In this document: positions 1 through 9,578 of the stretch, piece after piece
How positions within the stretch are numbered: the first letter of the stretch is position 1
How the letters are laid out: each line of letters begins with the position of its first letter
Assembly (NCBI GenBank): GCA_001804285.1
Contig: MHFR01000051.1
Span: 46,926 to 110,925 of the forward strand
Reading direction: 5' to 3'
DNA: 64,000 nucleotides
DNA from: Candidatus Danuiimicrobium aquiferis
GTDB taxonomy: Bacteria; Omnitrophota; Omnitrophia; Omnitrophales; Danuiimicrobiaceae
Made by a program: the position numbers and the translations under genes
The notes under the pieces: generated by a model
What the model saw: the letters and a program-made list of their open reading frames with translations, nothing else
Databases searched by the model: none
What the model was told of the DNA's origin: nothing

Positions 1-193
1 CAAGATTCTTCGGATGTTGAAAAATGTGTAATCCTAACTCTTTTGCAATCTCAACGGTCCTGTCGCTGCTTTGGTCATCTACAAGCAGGATTTCGTCTAT
101 CATATCAGTTGGGATTTCACTGACTGTTTTGCGCAAGGTTCTTTCGGCGTTGTAAGCGGGTAAAACAACGATAATTTTATGGCCGTTTAACAT
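1..193 (-). CDS. Glycosyltransferase family 2, N-terminal fragment (gene continues past the left edge)
   Basis: Reverse-strand translation from the ATG at ~191-193 gives MLNGHKIIVVLPAYNAERTLRKTVSEIPTDMIDEILLVDDQSSDRTVEIAKELGL. This is the GT2 signature (PAYN ... DDxSxD). There is no stop before the window edge, so it is absent from the ORF track. Confidence 0.6.
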   Translation of the reverse strand, partial: MLNGHKIIVVLPAYNAERTLRKTVSEIPTDMIDEILLVDDQSSDRTVEIAKELGLHIFQHPKNL

Positions 194-246
194 TATTTTA
201 GATTAATGATTGACACGATTAATTAAATTTATTAACCTGTTTCGAT

Positions 247-972
247 ATGAATCAAAATTTTTCAATTAGCTTTATTACCCCGGTTTTTAACGAGGAATAT
301 AACATCCCCAATGTCTTGAGGGATTTACATGAAATCCTTGATAAAAATCCTCACTGGAACGCCGAAGTCATCGTTATTGAAGACGGAAGCAATGATAATA
401 CCCGAAATAGCCTCCTTGAAGCAATAAAAAAATATCCTAAAACACAGCTTATTTTACATGATAAAAACCAGGGATATACCTGCTCGTTAAAAGACGGTAT
501 GGCGATTGCCAAAGGACAATATTTAATGTACGTCGGCGCCGATGAGGAATTCGATTGTTCGGAGATTCCGTCATTTGTCGAACCGATGCTAAGGGGCGAG
601 GCCGATGTTGTGCTCGGCGTCCGTTGGCAACGAAACGCCTATAAGTTATTCCGCTTTTTTCTTTCGGTTATTTATATATTTTTGCTAAATTACCTGTTTA
701 AATTACGGATCAATGACTACAACTGGTCGCAAGCATGGAGTAAAGAGCTGATTAATAAAATTCAAATCCGATCTAAATCCTTATTTGTCTTGCCGGAAAT
801 TATCATCAAAGCCCATGACCTAAAATATAAAATCAAAGAAGTCCCGTCGAATCACCGCGGTCGGCATTGGGGCAAGTCTTCAGTCAATATGGGGATCATG
901 GGATTTGCGTTCCGGGAAGCGATTGAATTTTGGCTGATCCGGAAGTCGAAGAAGTACGATCCGCTAAAATAG
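247..972 (+). CDS. Glycosyltransferase family 2 (polyprenyl-phosphate sugar synthase-like)
   Basis: ISFITPVFNEEYNI ... VIEDGSNDNT is a GT2 N-terminal motif. The 3' end overlaps the convergent gene 896..2881 by ~77 nt. Confidence 0.75.
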   Translation: MNQNFSISFITPVFNEEYNIPNVLRDLHEILDKNPHWNAEVIVIEDGSNDNTRNSLLEAIKKYPKTQLILHDKNQGYTCSLKDGMAIAKGQYLMYVGADEEFDCSEIPSFVEPMLRGEADVVLGVRWQRNAYKLFRFFLSVIYIFLLNYLFKLRINDYNWSQAWSKELINKIQIRSKSLFVLPEIIIKAHDLKYKIKEVPSNHRGRHWGKSSVNMGIMGFAFREAIEFWLIRKSKKYDPLK

Positions 973-2881
973 CAGAATCCCGCAAACGATATATTTCTAT
1001 AATCTGGCCGTTTTCCGTTCGATTGATCAGTTCCTTCCACAAAAACGGGCCGCCGGTCATTGCTTCATGGTCAAATGCCCAAGCAATCGTTTCGTCTTTG
1101 TAGGGCGAAAATCGCTTAACAAGTAAAGCGTTTTTAGTAAGCGCCGAACGAAATTCTTTATTAAGTTCAGGCTGCATTGCCGGCAAAATGACATAGTGGA
1201 CTCCCTCCCTGCGAAGTGTATCGATTGAATATGGAAGCTCCGGTGAAGCAAATAAAAAACTTTCGCCGACAGTTCGGCCGGTTAGAAAAAACAATTCATA
1301 AGCCGGCTTGTTTGACGTTTGCTGGTTGTGAATCAAAATCTCCAGCCTCTTTTTCTGGCTTTCGGAAAAAAATCGCCTTTCCTTTAAACGGCCCATTTTT
1401 TCAATTAATTGTTTTAAATTCATGCCGAGGCGGGGCGTGAAAAATGGAGCCCCTAACGCAATTTTCGAATCAGCGGGAATGTTTAGCTCAACCCACCGGG
1501 CAGCTTCCGTACGGACATCTTCCCTCGCAAACAGCCGATCGGAAAGAATTGATTTCACAAGTGACGGTGCGGCAATTATTAATGCAATCAATATCATTAC
1601 GAATTTACCATAGCGATTGTTGTCTTCGTAATAAGTTCCGCTGCTTCTCATTCCCTCGTTCAGCGAAGCAGCACCGCTCCGTATGTGTTGTGCGCCGGGA
1701 TCCGTGGATTCCCGCTTGCGCGGGAATGACACGATATTCGCGATTCGCTCTAATGCAAGTGTGGCAAGAATGAGTAAAAAAGGAATAATCGGCAGAACAT
1801 AACGGTCATAGGGTTGCCCCTTGAAGACGATCACGGCATAATAGGCTAAAACGAATGACAAAATGATTATTTGTTTTTTGTTTTTAGAAATCAAAGCAAG
1901 AATGCTTCCTGCCGCCGAAAAAACAAGGATTAAATAGCCGACTCCTTCATGTAGTGAATAAGTAAGATGGTGAAGCCACCCCATGAATCCGTGAACCGTT
2001 GATTCGCCGAGTGTTTCGGCAAGAAAAAAATGCCAGTCGAGGAAGACGTACGGATTCAGGACAAAAAACGTCACCGCGCTTATAATAAAGGCGATTAACA
2101 GATTAATTATATCTGTCATTCCCACCCGCTTCGTCCGCGAAGCGAGGCGAGCATGCTTCAGGCGGGAATCTAAAAAGCTCAAAAGGGGACAGGCACAAAT
2201 TTCGTGCCTGTCCCCTTTTTGGTTAACATGCGCAAACATAAACGGAACGAGCAGAAACACGCCGTTATATTTGACTGCCACGGCAAGCCCCAGCAGAAAA
2301 CCGAATTTAACATAATGGCGAAAGTTTCGTTCTTCAGAGATCCTCAAGATCAAATCCATTGCCGAAACCAAAATAAGAATCAACGGAATATCCGTATAAA
2401 TATAATGAGAATCGCGGACATGCAAAAAATTAACCGCAAGAAAAAAACTGCTTAACAGCGCGATTCCTTTTCCGAAATGTTTTTTACATAATCGGTATAA
2501 AAAATAAACAGTGAACGTTCCTATTACCGCTCCGAAAACAATCCGAGCAATTAAGTAAAATGAAGTCGGGTCAGTCACAAACAATTCAAGAAAGGCATCT
2601 TTCCCTGCAATCGCACCGCTAAGTCGAAGAAGAACAAAATAAATCCCGTAGCAAATGAACAACAAATAACTCACGAACGGCGGGACCTTGAAGAAATGCG
2701 GATTGAGGTCTCCGGAACCATATGCCAATGCATGGTTTACGACAATCGGCTCGTCGGCATGGTATTGATAAGGAAGGCCAAAATTGATACCCCAAAGGCG
2801 GAGAGCAAGAGCGAGGAGCAATATGAAGAAGATTGTGAGTTGAGCTCTATTTGAAGGGTACTGATTCTCGCTTGCGATCAT
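896..2881 (-). CDS. GT-C family membrane glycosyltransferase (ArnT/PMT-like, GT39/GT83-like), with two in-frame family-A repeat insertions
   Basis: N-terminus LRLWGINFGLPYQYHADEP is followed by many TM helices and a C-terminal soluble domain. Two stretches, ~1650-1731 and ~2115-2220, are copies of the dispersed GTCATTCCCGC...GCGGGAATGAC repeat. They are read in-frame as ...SFPRKRESTDPGAQHIRSGAASLNEGMRS... and ...ICACPLLSFLDSRLKHARLASRTKRVGMTD... . The call may really be a disrupted gene or two or three fused ORFs. Confidence 0.6.
   Translation of the reverse strand: MIASENQYPSNRAQLTIFFILLLALALRLWGINFGLPYQYHADEPIVVNHALAYGSGDLNPHFFKVPPFVSYLLFICYGIYFVLLRLSGAIAGKDAFLELFVTDPTSFYLIARIVFGAVIGTFTVYFLYRLCKKHFGKGIALLSSFFLAVNFLHVRDSHYIYTDIPLILILVSAMDLILRISEERNFRHYVKFGFLLGLAVAVKYNGVFLLVPFMFAHVNQKGDRHEICACPLLSFLDSRLKHARLASRTKRVGMTDIINLLIAFIISAVTFFVLNPYVFLDWHFFLAETLGESTVHGFMGWLHHLTYSLHEGVGYLILVFSAAGSILALISKNKKQIIILSFVLAYYAVIVFKGQPYDRYVLPIIPFLLILATLALERIANIVSFPRKRESTDPGAQHIRSGAASLNEGMRSSGTYYEDNNRYGKFVMILIALIIAAPSLVKSILSDRLFAREDVRTEAARWVELNIPADSKIALGAPFFTPRLGMNLKQLIEKMGRLKERRFFSESQKKRLEILIHNQQTSNKPAYELFFLTGRTVGESFLFASPELPYSIDTLRREGVHYVILPAMQPELNKEFRSALTKNALLVKRFSPYKDETIAWAFDHEAMTGGPFLWKELINRTENGQIIEIYRLRDSAILADRTSSTSGSAKIQSLPGTQIP
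1650..1731. repeat. Family-A repeat element (degenerate first hairpin + intact second hairpin) inside CDS 896..2881
   Basis: ...CGCCGGGATCCGTGGATTCCCGCTTGCGCGGGAATGACAC. It is read in-frame by the host ORF. Confidence 0.7.
2115..2220. repeat. Family-A-like element plus a strong terminator-like hairpin inside CDS 896..2881
   Basis: GTCATTCCCACCCGCTTCGTCCGCGAAGCGAGG...GGCGGGAATC at 2115-2170. A 12-bp perfect stem GGGGACAGGCAC-aaatttc-GTGCCTGTCCCC then follows, with TTTTT at 2185-2220. Confidence 0.7.
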
Positions 2882-2910
2882 ATTGTAATTTTATCATTCC
2901 CGTGTAGTTC

Positions 2911-2990
2911 TCCTCCCCCTTAATGGGGGAGGACAGAGGTGGGGGTGCGCCCCCCATCCTAACCTTCCCCCACACGGGGGGAAGGAATCT
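2911..2990. repeat. Family-C G/C-rich palindromic repeat (intergenic, between the GT2 and GT-C genes)
   Basis: TCCTCCCCCTTAATGGGGGAGGACAGAGGTGGGGG, followed by TTCCCCCACACGGGGGGAAGG. A near-identical copy is at 32183-32217: CTTCCTCCCCTTGATGGGGGAGGACAGAGGTGAGGG. Confidence 0.65.
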
Positions 2991-3007
2991 ATTACGGTTC
3001 GATTTCC

Positions 3008-3727
3008 TCACACATCATTGATATGCATTACTCGAATTTTAATCAAATCAAAAAACATTTTTATGGGATCCGCCACAACATTCACTTTGCTGGCCGTGGA
3101 ATTTCTCCAAATGACGGGGATCTCAGCGACCTTGAATCCTATCTTCTGGGCCAAGTAAATCACTTCAACGTCGAAGGAAAATCCATCAAGTTTTTGTAGG
3201 GAAAATATTTTTTTCGCGGCTTCCCGTTTAAAACATTTAAAACCGCACTGAGAATCTTTAATTCCTTTAAACGTCAATAGCCGCGCGATTTTATTGAAAA
3301 TTTTCCCCATTAATTCCCGGAAAAAGTTCTGACGAATTTCCACCTTAGAATTCGGAAGCGCCCGCGAGCCAATAGCGACGTCAAATCCATCCTCTAACTT
3401 TGCAATTAACCGCAACGCTTCCTCAATCGGTGTCGACAAATCGGCATCACTAAAAAGAATATAATCACCGGTGGCCTCAAGAACGCCCCGTCGAACGCTA
3501 TACCCCTTTCCCCGGTTCTTCTCGTTCCGCAAAAGCCTGTGCGTTTCATTTTCCCCGCCGCAACAATTTAGCACCACTTCGCATGTCCGGTCGCTGCTGC
3601 CGTCATCCACAACAATGATTTCATGTTCGATATTTATATTTCGAACAAAACTATGAATTGTTTCAAGAGACTTTCCGATCCGTTGTTCTTCGTTGTAACA
3701 AGGGATAACAATCGATAATTTTATCAT
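3008..3727 (-). CDS. Glycosyltransferase family 2 (dolichyl/polyprenyl-phosphate mannose synthase-like)
   Basis: MIKLSIVIPCYNEEQRI ... VVDDGSSDRT is a GT2 motif. Length is 239 aa. Confidence 0.8.
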   Translation of the reverse strand: MIKLSIVIPCYNEEQRIGKSLETIHSFVRNINIEHEIIVVDDGSSDRTCEVVLNCCGGENETHRLLRNEKNRGKGYSVRRGVLEATGDYILFSDADLSTPIEEALRLIAKLEDGFDVAIGSRALPNSKVEIRQNFFRELMGKIFNKIARLLTFKGIKDSQCGFKCFKREAAKKIFSLQKLDGFSFDVEVIYLAQKIGFKVAEIPVIWRNSTASKVNVVADPIKMFFDLIKIRVMHINDV

Positions 3728-3731
3728 TCTA

Positions 3732-4697
3732 TCATCTCAACATGTCGTTTAACGTTTGCCTCAGCGGAATTCGGGGCTCCCAACCACTCAATTGTTTCAT
3801 TTTGCCGGAAGCGAGTGCCATTCTTAGAATTTCATCTTTTGAAGTAAATGCCTCGTTTTTCCGCACTTTGATTTTTTCAATCTTCGAAAGTTCAATTATT
3901 TCCTTTAGGGCATGCCCGATCTTTACAGGCTTCCCGCGGCCGATATTGTAGGCTTCTCCCGGTTTCCCTTTTCCGCTGACCTCTGAAATAGCCTGAATTG
4001 CATCTCTCACGTCAATATAATCCCGGCTCGCTGAAAGGTTGCCGACGTCAATGATGGGCTTTTGTTTTCCAAGAGAGATATTTTTGATTTGATAGGCAAA
4101 ATTCGCAATTGAAAATGTCTTCGATTGATTTCGGCCGACGATATTGCATGGCCGGACGACGCAAATATTAAGTTTGAAATTCTTGGCATAAATTCTCGCA
4201 AAAGAGTCCAAAGCGGCCTTGCTAATGCTATATGGATCCTTGGGTTCCAACCGGTCGCTTTCAAATACTTTTTGTTTGTGATTGTGAGTCTCGCCATAAA
4301 TAGTCCCCGATGAAAAAATAATAATTTTTGACCGCAAAGCCAATTTTTTTGCGATCTCCAAAAGATTAATTCCTCCCACCAAATTAATATTGATGGTCTC
4401 GACCGGATTTGCCCAGGATAAACGAACGGAACTTTGCGCGGCCAGATAATAAATATAATCGGGCTTGATCCGTGCAACCAATCGTTCCATTCCCTGGCGG
4501 TTTCGGACGTCGAGTTGAAACATTCTAACGGAACCCGAAAGTGAAAAACCTTTTTTGTGATGGCGATGATAAGTTCCGAAAACGACTTGGTTCCGCGAAC
4601 ACAAGTCTTTTGCGATTTCGCTTCCCAAGAAACCGGTTGATCCGATTAGGAGGTGTTTTTTACATTTAGCCATTGGCGAGGACTTTAATATCTTCAT
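3732..4697 (-). CDS. NAD-dependent sugar epimerase/reductase (short-chain dehydrogenase fold), likely a GDP-4-keto-6-deoxymannose reductase/epimerase partner of Gmd
   Basis: GSTGFLGSEIAKDL is a Rossmann GxxGxxG motif. It lies immediately downstream of gmd and overlaps it by a few nt. The ORF-track start at 4700 is a TTG codon; the first ATG is at 4695-4697. Confidence 0.65.
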   Translation of the reverse strand: MKILKSSPMAKCKKHLLIGSTGFLGSEIAKDLCSRNQVVFGTYHRHHKKGFSLSGSVRMFQLDVRNRQGMERLVARIKPDYIYYLAAQSSVRLSWANPVETININLVGGINLLEIAKKLALRSKIIIFSSGTIYGETHNHKQKVFESDRLEPKDPYSISKAALDSFARIYAKNFKLNICVVRPCNIVGRNQSKTFSIANFAYQIKNISLGKQKPIIDVGNLSASRDYIDVRDAIQAISEVSGKGKPGEAYNIGRGKPVKIGHALKEIIELSKIEKIKVRKNEAFTSKDEILRMALASGKMKQLSGWEPRIPLRQTLNDMLR

Positions 4698-5631
4698 CAA
4701 CCATTAAATAAACCAGTTCTTCGAAACGCATCTTCGGCTTCCAGCCCAGCACGCGCCGCGCTTTCAAAGCGTTTCCGCAAAGAATATGTAATTCCGTTGG
4801 CCTGACAAGCTTTTGATCGGTTTCGACATATTTTTTCCAGTTAAGCCCGACGTGGTTAAATGCAACTCTCGCGAAATCCTCAACCGTGTGAGCTTCGCCC
4901 GTCGCAACCACATAATCGTCCGGTTTTGGCTGTTGAAGCATCTTCCACATTGCTTCAACATAATCGCCGGCAAATCCCCAATCCCGCTTCGCCTTTAGGT
5001 TACCGAGTGTCAGTTTTTTTTCCAGACCCAATTTGATTTTTGCAACACCCACTGAAATTCTTCGAGAAACAAATTCCTTCCCTCTCCGCGGCGATTCGTG
5101 ATTAAAAAGGATTCCGGAGCATGCAAACATATGGTAGCCTTCCCGGTAAATCACGGTCATCCAATGCCCGTAGGTTTTAGCAACCCCGTAAGGATTTCGC
5201 GGCCGAAGCGGTGTCGTTTCGCTTTGGGGGGTTTCCGCGACTAATCCGAACATTTCGCTCGAAGATGCCTGGTAGAATCGGATTTTTTTGTCGACAAGCC
5301 GAATGGCTTCGAGGATTCGCGCAACGCCTTGCGCTGTAAACTCACCCGTCAACGTTGGCTGTTCAAAGGATGTCGGCACAAACGATTGAGCGGCTAAATT
5401 ATAGACTTCGTGAGGTTTTACCGTTTGTATTAAACGGATGAGAGACATCTGATCAAGCAAATCACCTCGCACCAGTTCTATTCTGCCCATCAGATGGTTA
5501 ATTCGCTCGAAATTTTCCGTACTCGAACGGCGAACCATGCCATAAACTTCATAATCCTTGGTCGCTAATAAGTCGGCCAAATAAGATCCGTCCTGTCCCG
5601 TCACTCCGGTGATAATCGCTCGTTTTTTCAT
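4666..5631 (-). CDS. gmd: GDP-mannose 4,6-dehydratase
   Basis: [22 protein letters not shown] matches the canonical Gmd N-terminus. Length is 321 aa. The ATG at 5629-5631 overlaps the upstream gene's stop (ATGA). Confidence 0.9.
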   Translation of the reverse strand: MKKRAIITGVTGQDGSYLADLLATKDYEVYGMVRRSSTENFERINHLMGRIELVRGDLLDQMSLIRLIQTVKPHEVYNLAAQSFVPTSFEQPTLTGEFTAQGVARILEAIRLVDKKIRFYQASSSEMFGLVAETPQSETTPLRPRNPYGVAKTYGHWMTVIYREGYHMFACSGILFNHESPRRGKEFVSRRISVGVAKIKLGLEKKLTLGNLKAKRDWGFAGDYVEAMWKMLQQPKPDDYVVATGEAHTVEDFARVAFNHVGLNWKKYVETDQKLVRPTELHILCGNALKARRVLGWKPKMRFEELVYLMVDEDIKVLANG

Positions 5632-6575
5632 TCTGCCCTCGCCTGAGTTTGTTTAAAATATTCAATGGCCGCCAGCAAGCCCTTTCGGACATCGACTTTC
5701 GGTGCCCATTTCAGAATTTCTTTTGCCCGCCGGATATCCGGATTTCTGACTTTGGGATCATCTTGTGGGAGGACACGATATTCAATTTTACTTTTTGAAC
5801 CCGTCAACTCAATAATCAATTTTGCAAGTTCACCGATTGTCATTTCATCATGTGGGTTGCCGATATTGACCGGCAAATTGAAATTTGAAAACAAAAGCCG
5901 CTGAAGCCCGTCCACCAAGTCGTCAACGTACGTAAAACTTCTTGTTTGTTTCCCGTCGCCGAAAATGGTGATGGGGTTTCCCTTCAGTGCCTGATCGATG
6001 AAATTAGGAATTGCCCGTCCGTCATTATGACGCATTCGCGGCCCGTAGGTATTGAAAATTCGGACAATTTTGGTATCGATACCATGTGTCCGGTGATAGG
6101 CAAGCGTAATGGCTTCCGCGAACCGTTTTGCTTCATCATAAACACCGCGCGGGCCGATCGGATTGACATTCCCCCAATAATCTTCATGCTGAGGGTGAAT
6201 AAGTGGGTCGCCATAAACCTCCGAAGTCGACGCGAGTAAAAAAACCGCTTTTTTAGCTTTCGCGAATCCAAGCGCGTTGTGGGTTCCGAGTGAACCTACC
6301 TTAAGTGTTTGAATCGGATATTTGATATAGTCGGCCGGGCTGGCCGGCGAAGCAAAATGGAGGACATAATCGACAGGCTCATCTACTTTGATTGTTTTTG
6401 AAACGTCATGATTTGTATATATAAAACGATTACAGGTTTGAAACGGCGCAATATTTTCCGGATTTCCAGTTAGCATGTTATCGAGGCAAATGACGCGCTC
6501 GCCTTTTTTTAAGAAATAGTCACACAGGTGTGAGCCGATAAAGCCTGCGCCGCCTGTAATTAAAAATGTTTTCAT
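5628..6575 (-). CDS. uxs: UDP-glucuronate decarboxylase (UDP-xylose synthase)
   Basis: [33 protein letters not shown] ... fits the UXS/ArnA-decarboxylase family pattern. Length is 315 aa. Confidence 0.8.
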   Translation of the reverse strand: MKTFLITGGAGFIGSHLCDYFLKKGERVICLDNMLTGNPENIAPFQTCNRFIYTNHDVSKTIKVDEPVDYVLHFASPASPADYIKYPIQTLKVGSLGTHNALGFAKAKKAVFLLASTSEVYGDPLIHPQHEDYWGNVNPIGPRGVYDEAKRFAEAITLAYHRTHGIDTKIVRIFNTYGPRMRHNDGRAIPNFIDQALKGNPITIFGDGKQTRSFTYVDDLVDGLQRLLFSNFNLPVNIGNPHDEMTIGELAKLIIELTGSKSKIEYRVLPQDDPKVRNPDIRRAKEILKWAPKVDVRKGLLAAIEYFKQTQARAE

Positions 6576-6642
6576 CTCAAATCTCTCTCTGATATTGTCA
6601 TTACGTTCTAAAGCTCAATTTAGAAGCAGGTTCATAAAGTCT

Positions 6643-6718
6643 GTCATCCCCGCGAACGCGGGGATCCAGTAGAACCTAAAGACAACTTGGCTGGATTCCC
6701 GCTTTCGCGGGAATGACA
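6643..6718. repeat. Family-A palindromic repeat element (twin hairpins, ATTCCC-N8-GGGAAT core), intergenic uxs/rmlD
   Basis: GTCATCCCCGCGAACGCGGGGATCC ...spacer... GGATTCCCGCTTTCGCGGGAATGACA. The termini TGTCAT...ATGACA are inverted. Confidence 0.8.
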
Positions 6719-6755
6719 TAAGAACACAATTTTATTTGCATGCCCAGCATCTTTT

Positions 6756-7640
6756 TCATTGTAAGTATTCTCTCAACGCTTCCTGCCAAGGCCTTAAAGG
6801 TTTCCCAGTTAATGATTGATACTTCTCAAGGCTTAAAACTGAATAAGCCGGCCTCATGGCTGGCCTTGCGAGCTGTTCTGTTGTCATTGCACTGACTTTA
6901 ACGTTTCGTGCTTTTATCTTTAGAATTTCCTTCGCGAAATCACACCACGACGTTTCGCCGTCATTGGCAATGTGGACGATTCCGTGAATCCTATACTCAT
7001 CTGCCCGTTTGCAATAAGCCAATAAATTCTCGATTCCTTCGGCTAAATCAACCGTATAGGTTGGCCGACCGACTTGATCTGCTACGACAGCTAATTCGGA
7101 TTTTAAGTCTGAAAGTTTCAGAATCGTATCGACGAAATTCTTTCCGTTTTTACCGTAAAGCCACGATGTTCGAACAATAGTATACCGTTTCGCTTTTGAT
7201 TTAACATCATTTTCTGCCTCCAGCTTGCTCTGGCCGTATACACTCAAAGGAGTCGGTATATCGCCCTCGTTGTATTGCGTTTTCTTTTTTCCGTCAAAAA
7301 CATAATCGGTGCTGATCAAAATGAAGTATGCATTAATCGCTAAACAAGCATCAACGACGTTTTTCGCCCCTTCAAAATTAATTGCAAATGCTTTCTCGCG
7401 ATTGGTTTCGCAGCCATCGACATCTGTATAAGCGGCTGTGTGAATCACTATGTCGGGCCTAATATCCTCAATTTTAATGAAAACGTCGGCTCGATTGGTG
7501 ATGTCTATCTGAGATGAAATCACACCGGACCTTGACTCGCCGCGATCGCTCAATCCAAAAAGCTCATGTTTTCCCGTCAGTTGCCTAACCAAACCAGTCC
7601 CAAGCATGCCGTCATAACCAGTAATTAATATTTTCATCAT
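6756..7640 (-). CDS. rmlD: dTDP-4-dehydrorhamnose reductase
   Basis: MKILITGYDGMLG ... ISTDYVFDGKK is the RmlD signature. Length is 294 aa. Confidence 0.85.
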   Translation of the reverse strand: MMKILITGYDGMLGTGLVRQLTGKHELFGLSDRGESRSGVISSQIDITNRADVFIKIEDIRPDIVIHTAAYTDVDGCETNREKAFAINFEGAKNVVDACLAINAYFILISTDYVFDGKKKTQYNEGDIPTPLSVYGQSKLEAENDVKSKAKRYTIVRTSWLYGKNGKNFVDTILKLSDLKSELAVVADQVGRPTYTVDLAEGIENLLAYCKRADEYRIHGIVHIANDGETSWCDFAKEILKIKARNVKVSAMTTEQLARPAMRPAYSVLSLEKYQSLTGKPLRPWQEALREYLQ

Positions 7641-7665
7641 TCGAAACCTTTTTCTTCGGGAAGGC

Positions 7666-8643
7666 TTATTTTAAGGTATACCGATCCGCTTTTAACTTTC
7701 GCCACCAGGCTTCGTTTGCGCGGTACCAATCAATGGTTTTGCGGAGATTGTCGTGAATGGTTGATGTGATTTCGAAGCCAAGAGCTTCAAGTTTAGACAT
7801 ATCCAGGCTATACCGGAAATCGTGAGCGAGACGGTCTTTCACATATTGAATCATCTCTTCGCCTTTTCCGAATTCTTTTAAAATCATTCCCGTTAATTCA
7901 ATATTGCTTAATTCACATCTGCCGGCAACATTATAAATTTCGCCGATTTTACCGTGTTCGAAAACAAAACTGACCGCTCTTGCCGTGTCTTCGACATATA
8001 ACCAATCTCTTACATTTCCCCCTTTTGCGTATAAAGGGACCTTTTTCCCTTCAATTAAGTTCGTAATAAAGAGCGGAATCACCTTCTCCGGGAAATGATA
8101 CGGGCCATAGTTATTTGTGCAGCGCATAATGATGACCGGAATGCCGTGTGTTTTGTGATAGGCAAGCGCAAGGAGGTCGCTCGCTGCTTTTGCTGCCGAA
8201 TAAGGGCTGCTGGGGTCAAGTGGAAAGGTCTCAGTAAACGATCCCTGTTTGATTGACCCGTAGACTTCATCAGTCGAAAAATGGATAAATCTCTTAAGTT
8301 TCGCGTTCTTTGCGGCATTTAATAATGTGTTCGTTCCCAGCACATTGGTGCGAACAAATTCATCGGGTGAATCAATCGACCGGTCGACGTGCGTTTCTGC
8401 GGCAAAGTGAATGACGGAATCAACGCGGCTCATGAGGGATTTTACCAATTCGGCATTGCAGATATCGCCGTGGACAAATTCATAACGCGGGTTTGTTTCG
8501 TGTTCGACCGTGTTCGACCGCAGGCCGGCGTAGGTCAGTTTATCGAGATTGATAACGGAAATATCTTTGAACTTGTTCAGGAAATATCTGAGGAAATTCG
8601 AGCCGATAAAGCCCGAACCACCTGTCACTAAAACGCGGTTCAT
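7666..8643 (-). CDS. rmlB: dTDP-glucose 4,6-dehydratase
   Basis: MNRVLVTGGSGFIGSNFLRYF ... YGPYHFPEKVIPLFITNLIEGKKVPLY is the RmlB signature. The start overlaps the rmlA stop by 1 nt. Confidence 0.9.
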   Translation of the reverse strand: MNRVLVTGGSGFIGSNFLRYFLNKFKDISVINLDKLTYAGLRSNTVEHETNPRYEFVHGDICNAELVKSLMSRVDSVIHFAAETHVDRSIDSPDEFVRTNVLGTNTLLNAAKNAKLKRFIHFSTDEVYGSIKQGSFTETFPLDPSSPYSAAKAASDLLALAYHKTHGIPVIIMRCTNNYGPYHFPEKVIPLFITNLIEGKKVPLYAKGGNVRDWLYVEDTARAVSFVFEHGKIGEIYNVAGRCELSNIELTGMILKEFGKGEEMIQYVKDRLAHDFRYSLDMSKLEALGFEITSTIHDNLRKTIDWYRANEAWWRKLKADRYTLK

Positions 8644-9368
8644 TACGATGACTCCGCCTTGAGCGCCGCCAATTTATTTGCGTGCAGCAAAGAATCGAAC
8701 GTTCCGGCATCCGTCCAGTAGCCTTTGAGAATATCATATTGCATGGAACCGTCTTTAATATAGCAGTTATTGACGTCACTGATTTCAAGTTCGCCCCGTT
8801 TTGAAGGTTTTAATTTTCTGCAAAACTCAAATACACGGGAGTCGTACATGTAAATTCCCGTAACGGCATACTGACTTTTGGGCTTTTTTGGTTTTTCCTC
8901 GATATTGACGATTTTTCCGTTTTTAAACACGGGAACGCCGAACCGTTGAGGATCGGTTACTTCTTTTAAAAAAATCCGCGCACCGCGTTTTTGTTTTTCA
9001 AATTTCTGGACGGCTTCTGACAAATTGTCTTCCAGAATATTATCTCCCAGAACAACGACCACCTTGTCACCCGAAACGAAATGTTCAGCCAGGCTCAATG
9101 CTTCGGCAATTCCACCCTCGCCGCGCTGGTAGGTATAATATAAATCCTTCAAACCGAATTCACTTCCGTTTCCCATCAGCTTTAGAAAATCACCGGCCGC
9201 GTTTCCGCCCGTCACAATCATAATATCTTCGATGCCTGATTTAACTAAAGTTTCGACGGGATAATAGATCATCGGTTTATCGTACACAGGAAGCAAATGT
9301 TTATTCGTGACACGGGTCAGCGGTGAAAGCCTCGTCCCCAATCCTCCTGCCAATACAACGCCTTTCAT
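8643..9368 (-). CDS. rmlA: Glucose-1-phosphate thymidylyltransferase (short form)
   Basis: MKGVVLAGGLGTRLSPLTRVTNKHLLPVYDKPMIYYPVETL is a sugar nucleotidyltransferase motif (GGxGTRL). Confidence 0.8.
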   Translation of the reverse strand: MKGVVLAGGLGTRLSPLTRVTNKHLLPVYDKPMIYYPVETLVKSGIEDIMIVTGGNAAGDFLKLMGNGSEFGLKDLYYTYQRGEGGIAEALSLAEHFVSGDKVVVVLGDNILEDNLSEAVQKFEKQKRGARIFLKEVTDPQRFGVPVFKNGKIVNIEEKPKKPKSQYAVTGIYMYDSRVFEFCRKLKPSKRGELEISDVNNCYIKDGSMQYDILKGYWTDAGTFDSLLHANKLAALKAESS

Positions 9369-9455
9369 ATTTCTTTTCTCCTTATTAAAGGGGCTGTTGT
9401 GTTAACTTAGTCATTAGAGAATGCTCAAGACCGGCAAAAGTTTTTTTCTAAAATT

Positions 9456-9533
9456 GTCATCCCCGCAAGCTTTAAGCGGGGATCCAGCAAATCTAAAATG
9501 AACCTGTGGATTCCCGCTTTCGTGGGAATGACA
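9456..9533. repeat. Family-A repeat element, intergenic rmlA/ugd
   Basis: GTCATCCCCGCAAGCTTTAAGCGGGGATCC ... GGATTCCCGCTTTCGTGGGAATGACA. Confidence 0.8.
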
Positions 9534-9578
9534 CCAAAGCTTTACCTAAATCTAATCATTAACAGCTGTCCCCTTTTG

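Noticed and set aside
247-2881. Diversity-generating retroelement, retron or other RT-based system near the variable pilin/adhesin genes
   Set aside because: No reverse-transcriptase-like ORF (no YxDD motif-containing protein) anywhere in the window. The variable-looking repeats in the pilin array are paralogous genes, not template/variable-repeat pairs.
8490-8520. Direct 10-bp tandem duplication cgtgttcgac-cgtgttcgac inside rmlB, which could indicate a frameshift or slippage site
   Set aside because: In the gene's frame it encodes ...RSNTVEHETN..., which fits the RmlB sequence. The ORF stays intact, so this is native sequence and not a disruptive duplication.
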